A DNA stretch of 64,000 bases. Origin: Oopsacas minuta. Taxonomy: Eukaryota > Animalia > Porifera. Position numbers and translations under genes: made by a program. A model generated the notes under the pieces. It worked only from the letters and a program-made list of their open reading frames with translations. It ran no database searches and was not told the origin of the DNA. Position 1 is the first letter of the stretch, and each line of letters opens with the position of its first letter. The stretch covers positions 62,001-126,000 of the forward strand of contig JAKMXF010000333.1 in the NCBI GenBank assembly GCA_024704765.1, read 5' to 3'. Shown here piece after piece: positions 46,928 to 60,700 of this stretch.

Positions 46928-47609
46928 TGGATTTGTTATGTTTATTTTATTTTAATACTACAGCTGTTAATTACTGATGTAATTCTATTTTGAGAAATAT
47001 AAATTCTTATTGCTTAACTACAGAAGAGCTAGTTAATACGAACAAGGTTAAGACTTAACTCCGGATAAGGAGTACGAATTTATCACTCCCCTAATGTACG
47101 TATTAACGAGACTTCTAGGCACTGTACTACTGTGGTTAGTAAGGGTAATGCTGTTTGTTCTACTCGTTCCAGTGTCTGTAACTTTGTGTTGTCTGGACAG
47201 ATTTTGATTAATCAGCGCAGGACAAATTCCATCTACTTTGATGTTATAGTATAACTTTTTCTTTGTTGTATTTACTTGTATTTATGTCTATACGTCAACC
47301 AAACAATAATTCACTAATTTTAATTACAAGTAGTATATCTTTTTGAAATATTTAGAAGTTGGCACTGCCTTGGTACTCAATACTTAAGTGAATATTTGAA
47401 AGTATATAGAACTTCTTAACTATGATAGTGCATGAAATTAAAGTCAAAGAAATCCACACGATTTTGATAAAATCGCATTAATTTCATTGAGCGTTAATAT
47501 TATTTCCTATAACAATGATATTCCGATAAAGGAATGAGAAATAACTATTATGTAATTTATTATACATTCTGGTTACATTTTCACAGTAGAATCTAGATGA
47601 ACTTTTAAG

Positions 47610-48863
47610 ATGGCATGTTCATTCCAGCCTCTTACCTATGAAATCTTAAGTAGGGGAGAAAATAAACCTGGCTTGGCTCTCATCCTTGATCTAACTGGTG
47701 GAGATGTTCCTTCTAAGGGTGTGAGTGAAAACCTTAAATTATTTCAGGAATTTTTTATTTTTGTCAACCTTCGTGTAAATGTAATAAGTATTAACTCACA
47801 GAGGCTATTACGCTCCCGCTTACAATCTCTTACTCACCCTCAACTTCATTCACAAGGATTACAACAGAATCCCTCTAACCCAGTACTGTTCAAAGAAGAT
47901 TCATTGTGCTTCATAGGATTAATTGCAGGAGGAGATGAGACGCATACTCTGTTTAATGGTGAGTATATTAAAGATGTTGATCTGGAGAGATTCCTGAATG
48001 AGGATTATTGTACAATATTGAGAGGAAAACCGAAATTATTTCTTTATTTGAAATATTTCACTCAAATACCAGATCATGTTGTACCAATTGATTTGACACC
48101 TACAACTACAAATTTTCAGGATACTTCAACTGATTACGAAACGGAGGGAGATGTTTCTTCATCAACTAATCTTAATATGTTCTCATATTATATTTACGAT
48201 TTCGGGTTAAAATCACTGCAAACAGAATCCTCAGGTTCTTTAGCTCTATGTAACCTATTACCCGCCTTCAAAAGATATGGAGCTGATAATGATATCGTTA
48301 CTTTCTTCAGAATATTCCTTGGAGAGATGACTGAGCTTCAAAATGAGCTAGTGAAAATGAATGATATAAGTTATCCAAGTATCTGTATCATGATGAGGAA
48401 TCGTTTGAGGTATGATCTGTTCCTCTCACAGCTTAGAGAACAGACTGACGAAGAGCAAGAATTAGAAAGTGTTCTTTCTGATCACCTTTCTAATCAATGC
48501 GAAGTTTCTTCTGTTCCATTTATGACTCCAAATGAATCTCCTCAGTTACAGATTGATCAGAATACGAATTCAGCCTCAGCCAAAGCAAAATCTTCTCTCA
48601 CAATGAAATCTAAAGGCCTTAAATGCGATTCATACTCTAGAAACGTCAATATTTTCAGAATGGGAGAAAAAGTTAGAAATACAAGGCCTAATAAATTTCG
48701 CCCTAACCAGGCAGCTTACTGTTCCATGAAATTTTCAAGAAATCATTATTCTCCTCAATACAAGAAGTTGGCAAAGAGCTCAATATCCAATATCATTCCT
48801 AGAGCAAGGAGAAAGCAAACTGATAATACTTCACCTCAAGTGCATTCTAATTTGCAGATCTAA
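47610..48863 (+). CDS. Caspase-fold protein lacking catalytic His and Cys (pseudo-caspase), 417 aa
   Basis: YEI..GLALIL, CFIGLIAGG (at the VCVLLSHG position), CTILRGKPKLFLYLKY (at C.SL.GKPKLFIIQACRG), and a small-subunit-like SGSLAL..YG..DI..LRYDLF, followed by a Ser/basic C-terminal extension. Confidence 0.75.
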   Translation: MACSFQPLTYEILSRGENKPGLALILDLTGGDVPSKGVSENLKLFQEFFIFVNLRVNVISINSQRLLRSRLQSLTHPQLHSQGLQQNPSNPVLFKEDSLCFIGLIAGGDETHTLFNGEYIKDVDLERFLNEDYCTILRGKPKLFLYLKYFTQIPDHVVPIDLTPTTTNFQDTSTDYETEGDVSSSTNLNMFSYYIYDFGLKSLQTESSGSLALCNLLPAFKRYGADNDIVTFFRIFLGEMTELQNELVKMNDISYPSICIMMRNRLRYDLFLSQLREQTDEEQELESVLSDHLSNQCEVSSVPFMTPNESPQLQIDQNTNSASAKAKSSLTMKSKGLKCDSYSRNVNIFRMGEKVRNTRPNKFRPNQAAYCSMKFSRNHYSPQYKKLAKSSISNIIPRARRKQTDNTSPQVHSNLQI

Positions 48864-51522
48864 GCCTGTCTATTGAACACTAAAGTGTGTTTTCAAAATT
48901 AATTGAACAAACTTAAGTTGCTTACTACATTTCTTTCTTAAAGCAATTCATAATTTTATATTTTACATTATTTGGGTTGAATTTTCACTCAAATTACTTA
49001 ATATTTTCATTTATTCTTTGAATACCTGTAATATTACATTTATTTGTATAAAAATTTTTAAAGAGGGATTGAGATCCCTATTTCGGCTTTGTTGGTGTCA
49101 TAACGGACTGGAGCTTCTCAATAGATCCATGTGTAGGCTAATCCACATGGGTGTAAATCCAGGGGGATATATCTCCAGTTTTAAAGGATCGTAGTAGAGT
49201 ATGTTTGACTGTATTTAGTGGAGTTTCTTCCTTAGCACTAGTAGGTGCAACCAAAAGACTCTTGGCATGCTATGCAAAAAGGCATAATTCAGCGAGAGAG
49301 ACCAACCAATATATGATGTTAGGGTTACATCATGTGTATTATATGTTACCGGACCTTGTCCGTCAATTGCCTGACCAATATTTATATTGAACTCATCTAG
49401 CGCATCACACATGAAAACGAATAGTTATCTTATTACATAGGTGTTGTCTCAAATGGGATTTCGAAGATTGCAAAATATCCACTCAATTTTCCAATAATAA
49501 TACGAACTACTGCGCATGGGTCTATGTTTTGGGAGTGCTTGTTCTCTCAAATTAATTTCGCATATAATTGATAATATAATAGTAATCAGGGGCATATCTT
49601 GAATGATATAACATACTGACAGTAGACTAAGATTGATCAATTAGGGGAAATATGCATGTATCCATAACCTGTGGTACATATGAATTCAGCGATCTATAGT
49701 CATTTACTGTTTAATCGTCGAGTTAAAAGGCATAAATGCATAAAGCTATAATAGATTGATTATAGGTATTTTAGAACCTAATTTGTATCAATTTGAAGCA
49801 TGTACGATATTCCCTCGGAATTGCCAACTTTGCTGGACTGCTGATCTAACTCTAAATTGCTGCTTAATTTCCTATAATAATTAATTGATCAGAAGATGAA
49901 TCTTCAATTCTACAAGTGACAATTCGTGCAGGAGGCAAACAATCGGCAAAGGTACATGGGCCATATACGCATGTACTTAAATATGTTAAACGAGACAATA
50001 CTAACATCGATTTGATCATTTTTGCAGTCGGCAGATTGTGAGATGTAAAGATACAATGTGTAATAGCATGAAAGATCATCACTATATATGATTAACAGTA
50101 TTATTCACTAACCATCATTGAATATTTTCAATTTGTTTTTATGATCATCTTTCAAAAACACCTAATATAATTTACAATTCGTCAATAAAATATCGACAAA
50201 ATTTGGGGACTGTACGTCCCCTTGCATACGCGTACGTCACTTCTACCAATAGTTGAAGATTATCCAAACTTGGTATTAAATGGTTAACCAACATTTATTA
50301 AATTCATTAGCATTTTTGATTATGTCCTTAAATAGTTCGGGTCTCCTGTTTATTATACGATTATATTATACTTTAGATTTTAATATAAACTGTTGATTAG
50401 GTTTGGTCTCTGATTGTTAATCAAAAGATCCAGCTCTCTATGATAAAAGATGTATTCCTATCTACTAATTAATATCAAAAATAAAAATAGGATAAATTGT
50501 CATCAACTAAATGAATTTCGTTACTAATTAATCTTTCGAGCTTTCTTGTGTAACCACCCATAACCCCACTACAATATTGTGGGGATATATTGCTATTTGA
50601 GTTTGTCTTGACAGATTCTTGATGTATTAGCGTGAATGCTACCCTCTTCGATTTGGATTCGTGCAGTATCTTTTGCTCCGCTATTTATGTTGTGAGGTCA
50701 GATTTTCTTAGATTAGCCTTATTTAGCCCTGATTGTTGTTCAGGTGTCTTCTACTGGGTAGGGGATTGGTTCACTTCATACCCAAGGAAATCTTCTGGGC
50801 TAGGACAGAATATTCTTTGGTGTAATGTCTAATGTGGCCTTCGGTGCCGTAACTACTACTCTAATAGGAAATGTGAATCACTATATAATCATTTCTAAAT
50901 CAATGCAATAGTTTATACAAATTTCGGATCTAAGATATTGTTGAATACATAGGAAGCGTGAAATACCACGTGTCCGGACGGAGCACAAATTTTGGGACGT
51001 GCGGGCATGAGATGCAAGTATAATACTTTAGATGGCCTAAATATATTGCAAAAGAAATAAATAATTTGTCTGCACAATCTGTTTGCAGTTATAAAAAGTG
51101 TTAATAACTACACACAAAGAGTTTAAAGCTACTGTCTTAAGTGTTTCTATGTCAAGTCGAAACTTATCAATCACATTTGTAATTTTAGAAATGTAAAGAT
51201 AATTCTAAGAACAAAGATTATTCAGTGCATATTTTACCATCTTGTAGAGTTGAACTAATCAATTTTTCATGCCAGAAAGAATGTAATAGATAATTAATTG
51301 AATGGTCAAAATATACTACATACAAACTTCGCCTATAAAAACCATAATACATACCGTCCACCGTGCCAGTTTCTGAGGAATTTCCGAATAAGAAACAAAT
51401 AATTTATTTTACATGGCCTGGTGTAGACAGGTCTGGATTATGGTATATCGTGGACAAAATTCCTGGATACGTCCTTGTTGTATTATGTAGTTCACGAATC
51501 AGCGTACTCTGTTACCCAAATA

Positions 51523-52445
51523 CAGTTAAGGGACAAAAGTATTCGACCACATAAATATATTGTCATAAATTGCATACTCCTTCCCGCCCCTATAAATTGT
51601 GTAGTCTATATTCGTATCTGCAATCTAGTAAATTGTATAGAGTAACATATGTTTTTCAAGAATTTCAAAAAAATATTTTCGATTTACACTTTTTGAAGGT
51701 GTTAATTATTAATAATTATTAGATTATTATTGATAATCAAAATATGTGGTAATTCAAAACCTATTAAGAATCTATAATTTCTGACTTGATATTTGAATTC
51801 TACATAGGCGAGTTACCCCAGAATGAAATTTCCAATGGGATTGAACAATTTTTACCAAAGTTATAGAAGAATTTCAATTTGTGTCATTTGTGCTACCTTT
51901 TGCCCAAGGTGGCACAAGTGGCCGCTACCAAGGGATTATTTTATAATTCAAGGGTTAGCATAGTCATATCATTCGAAAATACAACTTTGACTTATACCTC
52001 CTAAGTCCTAACCCTAGTTGATTTCCTTGTAGTGGCGCTTATTCCTGCCACCTGTGCCACTTTTTGAAAAAAGTGGCACAAGTAGCACAAATTGAAATTC
52101 TTCTATAACTTTGGTAAAAATTGTTCAATCCCATTGGAAATTTCATTCTGGGGTAACTCGCCTATGTAGAATTCAAATATCAAGTCAGAAATTATAGATT
52201 CTTAATAGGTTTTGAATTACCACATATTTTGATTATCAATAATAATCTAATAATTATTAATAATTAACACCTTCAAAAAGTGTAAATCGAAAATATTTTT
52301 TGAAATTCTTGAAAAACATATGTTATTCTATGCAATTTACTAGATAGCAGATACGAATATAGACTACACAATTTATAGGGGCGGGAAAGAGTATACATTT
52401 TATGACAATATAATTGTGTGGTCGAATACTTTTGTCCCTTGACTG
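51523..52445. mobile_element. 923-bp non-autonomous Tc1-like element with ~361-bp TIRs
   Basis: Ends cagt(t/c)aagggacaaaagtattcgaccac flanked by TA; arms 51523-51883 and 52086-52445; no ORF. Confidence 0.9.
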
Positions 52446-53430
52446 TATAGAAGATGCCGGATATAAGAACACCGGTTATACGAACATGCTGGTTATAAGA
52501 ACGCTAGCTCGATTAACCGAATCTTTTGTATTCCACTCAGAGATGCAGCGGTACAGGCCGGTCCGCTTATTCTCAAGTATGGTCTGGACCGATACATCAT
52601 TCTCGACCGGTCCATCGGTCTAGAACTATTCATAATCCTCGATTGGACAAACGATGCACATACGTAAAAAATACGAAGCTAGAATAGGATAAGTTAATGA
52701 AATTTCCTGTTTCGAAGAAATTTCATTAAATTACTTAGTAATTATTGTCAGTGTTGAATCTCTGAAGTCTCTTTATTATGAAAATCATTTTTGTACCGTG
52801 AAAGTTACCGTTCAGAAAAACAATGACGGTCCGGTCCGATCCATGAAATTCCTGGACCGCTGCAGCACTGAGTTTCTACTCAATTGGTTTTTGCCGGATA
52901 TCAGAACACAGATTTGGAATATACCAGATATAATAAACATCTTCTGGAAAGAGGTTCTCTTGTATTGATGTATAACATAGCCGGAAATACGATAAATTTA
53001 TTTATAAGAACATTTTTTGCTGTCCCCAAGTGTGTTCCTATAAGCGAGATCCATTGTATACGACATGCCGGATATAATAACATTATATGCAATTACCGAC
53101 GATGTCTAGTAGCCCGTATTCCCCGATTTATAATTTGAGATGCAAATGTCCAACGACTGTCTTTAAATGCTATTTGATTATTATATTATACCCTAAGGTT
53201 GTTGGTTGAATTGAAAAATGTAAGAATTTTTCTTCTGATAAAGTGCCCCCCTGACAAAATCTCGTGGCTTGGGGCAATGCTCCCCCTGGAAAATCTCGTG
53301 CCTCGGGGCATCCCTTGAACTGACTTCATTTTCGGTATCATTATACATAGTTGATAAAATAACATAAAACACTCTTCAACACAAAAAAAATCAGCGTTGA
53401 ACAGTGTAGTGGAAATAGTTATGATTTAAT

Positions 53431-53823
53431 ATAAGACGAGCTTTTGGCTCGTCGCATTGCGCCTCGAGGTATCCATTATTCTCCAACTTGACGGCCCCTT
53501 TGAGTATTATAATATAGATATATTTAGACCAATGTAATTCACAAATATACGTATATGGCATATATATTATTGAATTATTTTGTAAGATCGACCCCCTTTG
53601 TAGCCGTTGAGAGTATCTACGTAAATTTTGAGATTTTGCTAATTTGTTTCCTTTATATTCATAAAAACAAAATAATTTACATATCAACGGACAACCAAAC
53701 AACAATGCGATATTCATACTCAACATACTCGATTACCCTTGTATAGTTGTTGAAAGTATTATTAACCTCAATTTTAGACTAACAAATACAAACAGACAAC
53801 AATTGAGATTTAATAATATAGAT
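53431..53823 (+). mobile_element. Helitron/DINE-1-like dispersed repeat; copy 2
   Basis: Perfect hairpin gacgagc-ttttg-gctcgtc, then cattgcgcctcgaggtatcca; ends caaacagacaacaattgagatttaataatatagat. Confidence 0.5.
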
Positions 53824-56800
53824 GTTTTCCAACTACATCTAGAATAATCAATTCACTAACTTGATAAATTTTCATTTACATTCATTTAAATAGAATTTTT
53901 ATTTAAATGGGCTTAAATATTATTGCGCGGTAATATTCAATGGTAGAATACAGGGCACCGAACTTTCTAATAAATGAACAATTTGGAGGCCCAAGATTGC
54001 CAACCTGCCAACTGAGTTGGGTGCCTATGCGGCATATTGGGAAAATATTTGATCCACATTTCGTGGCCTGAATTTAAAATTAAGGAATTCAATTGTCATG
54101 CTTTGTAGTGGAAATCGATACCCATGGATATAAATTGTGTTCCATTTCATAGTTGTACTTTGTGATGCGATAATTAGCAATATAATAGTTGCGAATTCAG
54201 TGTTAGTAATCGTTGAAAATAAATACTAATAAAGTAATCACAAGAATACCATATAAGTCTCTTATACGTTATACATACGTATATTCAAAGTTCTCATTGA
54301 CAATGACCGCATGAGACAGTGGAAGTCCTGCAGCAGAAACCTGTAGCAAGATGGAATCAGGAATCTACGTCTACCCAACAGAATTATCGGCCAAATTATC
54401 AGTACCTCCAAATTATCACTACCTCCAAATATCACCATGTCCATTATCATTATATACAATAAACACAATAAACATAATATATCTAAATGGACTAAATTGT
54501 GTATTTCAAAATGTTTTGTTCGATATTTATAGTGGAAAAGGTCTTTGCTCATTGCGATTAAAATCTGTTTTATCTTAAAGACACGAGACAAATTTTTCTT
54601 TTCAGGGTTGAAATTATCACTATATCGTATGTAAAATTGACTGGGACACTCATGAAGAGAGCGATTAAGGCCTGACCTCCCCTCCCCTCCCAATATTCTT
54701 CGAGCACCGACATCATTACTCCAAGGGACCAGAAGTCAACTTTCTGGACAATTACAAACTAAACGTTATTTCTTGCGATGTGTTTTGTTCCTGGACTTTA
54801 CTGATTGTTCACAGCGCCCATAGACCCTCATTGGAACTTGTTGCCCACCAGATTGAATTTGTGCCGCACCTAGGGTCGTAGATCCGTAATTTTTCTGGGG
54901 GGATGAGAATTTATAACTAGCACATTTCTACATATGACGAATATGAATATGCCATTACACATTAATGCGGATTCTTGCATATATTTCAATGAGTAGGAAT
55001 AGGGAATGACATCTCAGATTCATATCTTTGAAAACATACTCGAGAACAGTGTAATTTGAATATAACAAGAGGATAATCTGCTGTAACTCAAAAGATTTTA
55101 GACGCCCCTGGTTATACGCAACTAGAAATTTATTGATCTGCCACTGGGCTTGCCTCCTGCTAAACCCGTGGAAATGCCTTGCCCCCGGGTAATTTATTTG
55201 TATCCCCTAGGTTAAAAATCCTGGCGTCGTCCCTGTGCTACGGCCTTGTTATGTAGCAGTTGAGAGCTTGTTTGTAAGATTAATTTTGAGATTTGAATGA
55301 TTTGATCAAATAAAAGAAGATAATTTCCTTAACATCCAAGATATAATTTCTAAAGTTGGATATTCGTATATACGTATTTACCATATACGATGTAACATTG
55401 TTGCATGTTACAAAAATATTGGCCTTCAAATTTCAAAACATATTTTCATGCAACAATGTTGCATCGTGTATGGTGGTGGGCTTAATAAGTGAATACAATT
55501 TAATAGTATTTAAATAACGTATCTCCTTGGATAGTAGCCGGGGCGATTATTAATTTCAAGCCCCTTAATTGTCCCACTTTTTTGTAGTCCAGTCTAATAC
55601 AAATATGCTATGTCCCACGGTGTCCCGCTAAATTAGTGTCTTCCGTCCTCGCTTTTTTCTTCACTCAGGTTAGCAAGTATAATTTAGCCTAACTAACAGT
55701 AAATATTCCAATATACAGGGAATCATTATTCTTTTTAGGTGGTTATGAGTTCAAACGATTATTCGAGGGGGTGAGGGCTACATTAGGCCTCTGCGTGGGT
55801 CGTGATGTGGGGCCCGAGCCGCCCCCACATTGAACGTTATCTGAACTGCCCCGCATCGAAAATTATAAATTCGGGTTACAAGGGTACTATCCAATTAAAT
55901 ACGGTAGTAATTATACACATACACTAATTTCGATTAGATACCAAGAATCACAAACATGTTGGTATGTGTATATACTAGTTGCTTAGTTACAGGATGTTAG
56001 TTCTATAAACAAACACACTCCTTAGTATGCATAAATAAACTGCTTCTATATAGTTGTTGTCATGTTATACAAAGTATTTACTCCATTTCTTATCTTATGA
56101 TTTCTCTGTCCACTTCATTTTTCTGATATTTCCGTTATTATTTGTTATTTGTTTGCTTATTATATTTGTTCTTTCCAGATAATTAGCAAATTATCTTCAA
56201 TCTACAGTTGTTTACTATTATATTCTTCAACGACTTTATTGCAAGCTATTTTTGCTATTTTCTCCCTTTTTTTATCATGCGTAATCGAAAGGGTACAGTA
56301 GCTACCCAACTCGATCCATTTTCTGACTTGAATTATTCCAGCAGATTGCCTAGACGTTTTTCAGGCTCTCATTCCTATTCATCAAACCGGTGAGCTAAAT
56401 TTATTTTATTTGCATAAATAATACCAACGGTGTAATTAATATAATCTCAACCAAACTGTTGAAATCTCCTAAATTTACAAATATTCATTCAAACGTGTCC
56501 AGATCTTTGGCTTCCATCGCAATTTGAGTTTTTTTCAATTCTTCGACTCCAGAAAACTAATAATTCATGAACAATCATTCTACTTTATGTTCTGATTTTA
56601 TAAATTGATTTTCTTTCTAGTTCATTCTTCCTATTTGTATTCATCTTACTATTTATTGGCCTCCTCACATCAGGTTGTTTATTTTCATATGCTAAATATA
56701 TTTTGAATTGTTTATTTTCTTAATTAACATATAATTCGTTTATTATTTTTCCATACAATATACCCTCGTCGATCCAAACTGTGCATAGTGCAATTACTAA

Positions 56801-57615
56801 AGTGAATTTAATTGACAGATCATACCTAAGATATACGTACACAAAATCCTGAATCTGCATAAATGTACAAACTTATCTGAATCTTACTTGTCTATATTGA
56901 GCCTCTGCTGTAATTTTTGGAATGTGATGAACTTTTGATGATAAACTGCAATATATATTTTATACTATTCTAATGTGAAATATTTCTACTAAGTAAAACA
57001 TTACGTATGCGGTATTTTGTGTTTACATTCATCAAAGCCTGCATTCCTGAATTTTAACTCCAATGTCTACACTCTACAGTGCTGTTTAATAAAGTGTTTT
57101 CATTAATCCGACTTTCAGTTCGCAATACTAGTTCTGCAGTTATGCGGATTAATAAGGGTATACTATTTTTGTATTAACAATAGTGCCATCTATTCATCAC
57201 TTTACTAAAATACATATATTGACACCTTTTAACAAGAAGCTTACTTTGTAATTATTTTAATTTGGAACATGAAACCTGAAACAGCTTAGACTTATCCTAT
57301 AATTATAGTGCACTTACTTTGCTTATTAATTACAACAAACCTAAGCAATTATTTAAGAATTCGATTTGTAGTTACTACCCAATTTTAATCTATAGCATTT
57401 ATACTCCTCGTTTCCTCAACAATCCATTCTAATTGATCAATACAAGTATGTAACTCAATTGACTGAGATTTCTATAGCTTTTAGCAACTTTTAGGTTGCA
57501 ATTATTATCCTGTTATTTTTAATCAAATGTGTACCAACGTAATTGTATTTCGTAAATATATCAGAATTTATTAAAACAATAACTGAATGTTATTGTTATT
57601 TACAAATGCGAATTA

Positions 57616-57773
57616 CAGTAGAACTCGTCTTTAGGCGTACTTTTCTCAAAACCGGATTATCAATTTTATGCTAATTATATTAGGAAATATTTAGATAAGA
57701 GTACTTCGAAGTACTTCGGTTAGTCCTTCTATTTTTTGTTTCCCGAGGTGTACGTCTTATCCGAGTTCTACTG
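57616..57773. mobile_element. CAGTAG-type MITE, 158 bp
   Basis: 12-bp TIR cagtagaactcg / cgagttctactg with TA on the left. Related ends occur at 38241, ~34868 and ~47055. Confidence 0.7.
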
Positions 57774-60700
57774 AAATTTCTCCAATTCATGTATTGCTGT
57801 ATTCCATAGTCAAATTAGATTCTAATCTGCAAGAATTATTGTATTCATTTCATTACCAAGGAGATTTATTTGTTGACAAAGTCTTAATATATACTTGGTT
57901 GCTAGGCAATCAATGTAAACAAATAGCTATAAATAGGATTCAGTTTTCTAGAATATTCCTTTATTGCATAAGCGCTCAGACGACGCAATAAAGGAATATT
58001 CGTTATCGTATTCTATTTTGAAATTGAATTTCGCAATTCTATGTTTCCGCATACTTATGTACCATATTACCTCGAATACCACCCTGGGCGATTATACATT
58101 TCAAACCACCTCGTGAACGAATTTGTAAACACGTTAATTCTATAAAATTGTAGTTTGATCTGAGATAAGTATAATCGATATATTTAATAATACTTAAGAG
58201 TGGTCAGTACGACAAAGAAATACTATTCATTATAAACTTGTAAAGTTCAGGGATTTGGCTAATGGCTAAAACTGCTTGATATGTAGTTACTAACCGCTGT
58301 TACATCGTACGTAAGTCTTCATAACATAATCATACTTATGTGCTTATGTGTCTTTATCCTAACAAATTTTAGATAAACCAAATATAGGGGAAATGACGTT
58401 TCACTGTAGGCAATTATCATTTTTTAGGAGCCTCATCGGGGGGGGGGGCTATTATTCACAAACTTGCCGTGGAGATGAAAAACCCATCCGTATCCATATC
58501 CGTATCCATAGCCAGGCCATTTTTACATGGATATTCATGGACACTGAATGATTTTTCTAAACCTGGGTCCTGTTGCTGTTGGATATCCGTAGATGCCCTA
58601 TAGCCTAGACTCCTTCTTGCTACAGGTATGCTGGTGGAATTCCACTGTGCTCATGCCACTCATTTTTATCCATTTCCGTAGGTCATATTGTGCCACACAA
58701 ATGTTTTGGAACAATATCCACACGAGAGGTACGACACGTCTTATTTTCAACTAATTAGCATTCACATGATTTTTGTTGTGAGATCTCTGTACATCTATGT
58801 AGAAGTGTAAATGGTAGACTTATCTCAGAATCTTGAAATAATTAACTTAGATTGATTTAATGGAATTCCATATATATACTTTTGTGAAATTGATCAGCTG
58901 ATTTATGAATATTCAGTAAATTTGACTTTTCTTACTAAACAAATACTTGAAATATCGAAATATACATAGAGACTTGCTCTTAACGGCTATAATGAGTTAA
59001 CAAAGTATGCTTAATCCGAATATCGCATTTTTAAGTTTCCCATATGTAAATTTGTTGTTGTTTTTATGAATATAAATAATCAGATAATTGTAATCTTGAA
59101 ATAATCGTAGACACTTCCTCTCATCAGATATATAGGGATAACAAAATTTGATTGTTAATTCAATATTTCCCTAAATTTCAGACTTACCAACCCGGAATGA
59201 TTTCATCCTGATTTCGTTATAATATGCGTCGTGACCCTTTAATCCCGAATTCATTTATTTTCTTTCGATGTTCTATGTATTACAGATTTCCCTTAAGCTA
59301 AATGACACGCGAAAATCTGTTAAGACTTAATTGTCAGTGTTTCCTCTAAGAGACCCTGCTATTCTTCGGATTTATTCCCTTTTCAGGGCTATAACCCCCC
59401 TAAAAATTACATTTTGAGCGCTTCCCCCAGGAATTTGTAATCCTTACCTGACGATATTAGGATTGAGTCTGTCTATAGATAAAAGCTCCCGAACTGTTGT
59501 CTGTATGCCCTCCTTCATGCCTTGCTACTTATCATTTGGAGGTAACACTGTCACTTGTGGATTTTAGCTGTATATATCTTCATTGAAGATTCGTAGCAGT
59601 TTGGAAGAAAATCTTCACGAATACCTGGGGATATCCCCGAAAAGGCCCGTAGTTTATTACCTGTATTCCAAATTCGGCTTTGGGTATTGTTTCCTTTTAT
59701 AAAATCCTTCAAAATTGGGCTCTTTTGGTCGCCACACTCATTGAATGCATCTTACATACGTTTACATGTAAAATTTCCTTTTCCTCAATCAATTCCAGAT
59801 ACTAAATTAATCAATTGAATATTGTTATACGTATATAATTTCTATTTCCGTAGACAAGTATAAGTTTCATAATATGAACATACGTAATATATTTATAGTT
59901 GGGTTCCCTTTTCCACTAACAATTATCGTAAATAAGGCTCTCAACCTGGGAACTTTCAAAGTCGAGACTTTTGATTTAGTCCAGGGATTTTCTTGAGTGT
60001 GCAGACGCAAAATCGTGTACACACGACGAGATCGTGACAATTGAGAGCCCAGGAAAAATCCTTTTTTCTACCGCTCTCTCACTTTCATTTCAGCACTACA
60101 CCACTAATATTGACACCCACCAATAGGTAACAATAACAATCATACTTTCTTTCACAATTTAGACTCTTAATTCTGTTGTATATAGTCTATCCAATCATTA
60201 TCAGAATTATTTAACCAGGAATTTCTGCCAGACTGAGACAATTAGAATAACAAATTTGGTCCAAAATATTTATTACTGATTAAAATTATTAGTATTAAAT
60301 ATTTTGCCTAAATTTGTTCATCAAAAAGTTGTGTTTTATATACATATGCGTAGAATAATCGCATTTTCCCAAAAGAGTAGGGAGCCGATACTGGAGATTC
60401 AGCCAATATCAGTGTTCTTTCTAAGGAATCATAATTTTTTCATTTTAGAACTTACCCCCTGGGACTTTCGCTCAAAATTCGATACCAAAAGATATTTGCC
60501 CGAAATTTGATCATATTTGTCAGCTTAATTTTGCTATTTCTACGCTTATGTATATATGCACTAACCGAGCAAAATTATTTCATTAAAAACTAAATATTCA
60601 ATTACTTATCTTGTCAATCCGGCGAATATTTGAATATCTATACAATAACACACCTGAAAGAACTATACGTGTATAACTGTGTTAGTCAACATCATCCCCA

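Noticed and set aside
54262-54693. 143-aa minus-strand ORF and overlapping 54351-54578 ORF
   Set aside because: They begin in a dispersed repeat or low-complexity AT-rich sequence; no recognisable domain.
59150-59860. Possible decayed minus-strand exons with gtaag donors
   Set aside because: All frames contain multiple stops and I could not recognise any family.
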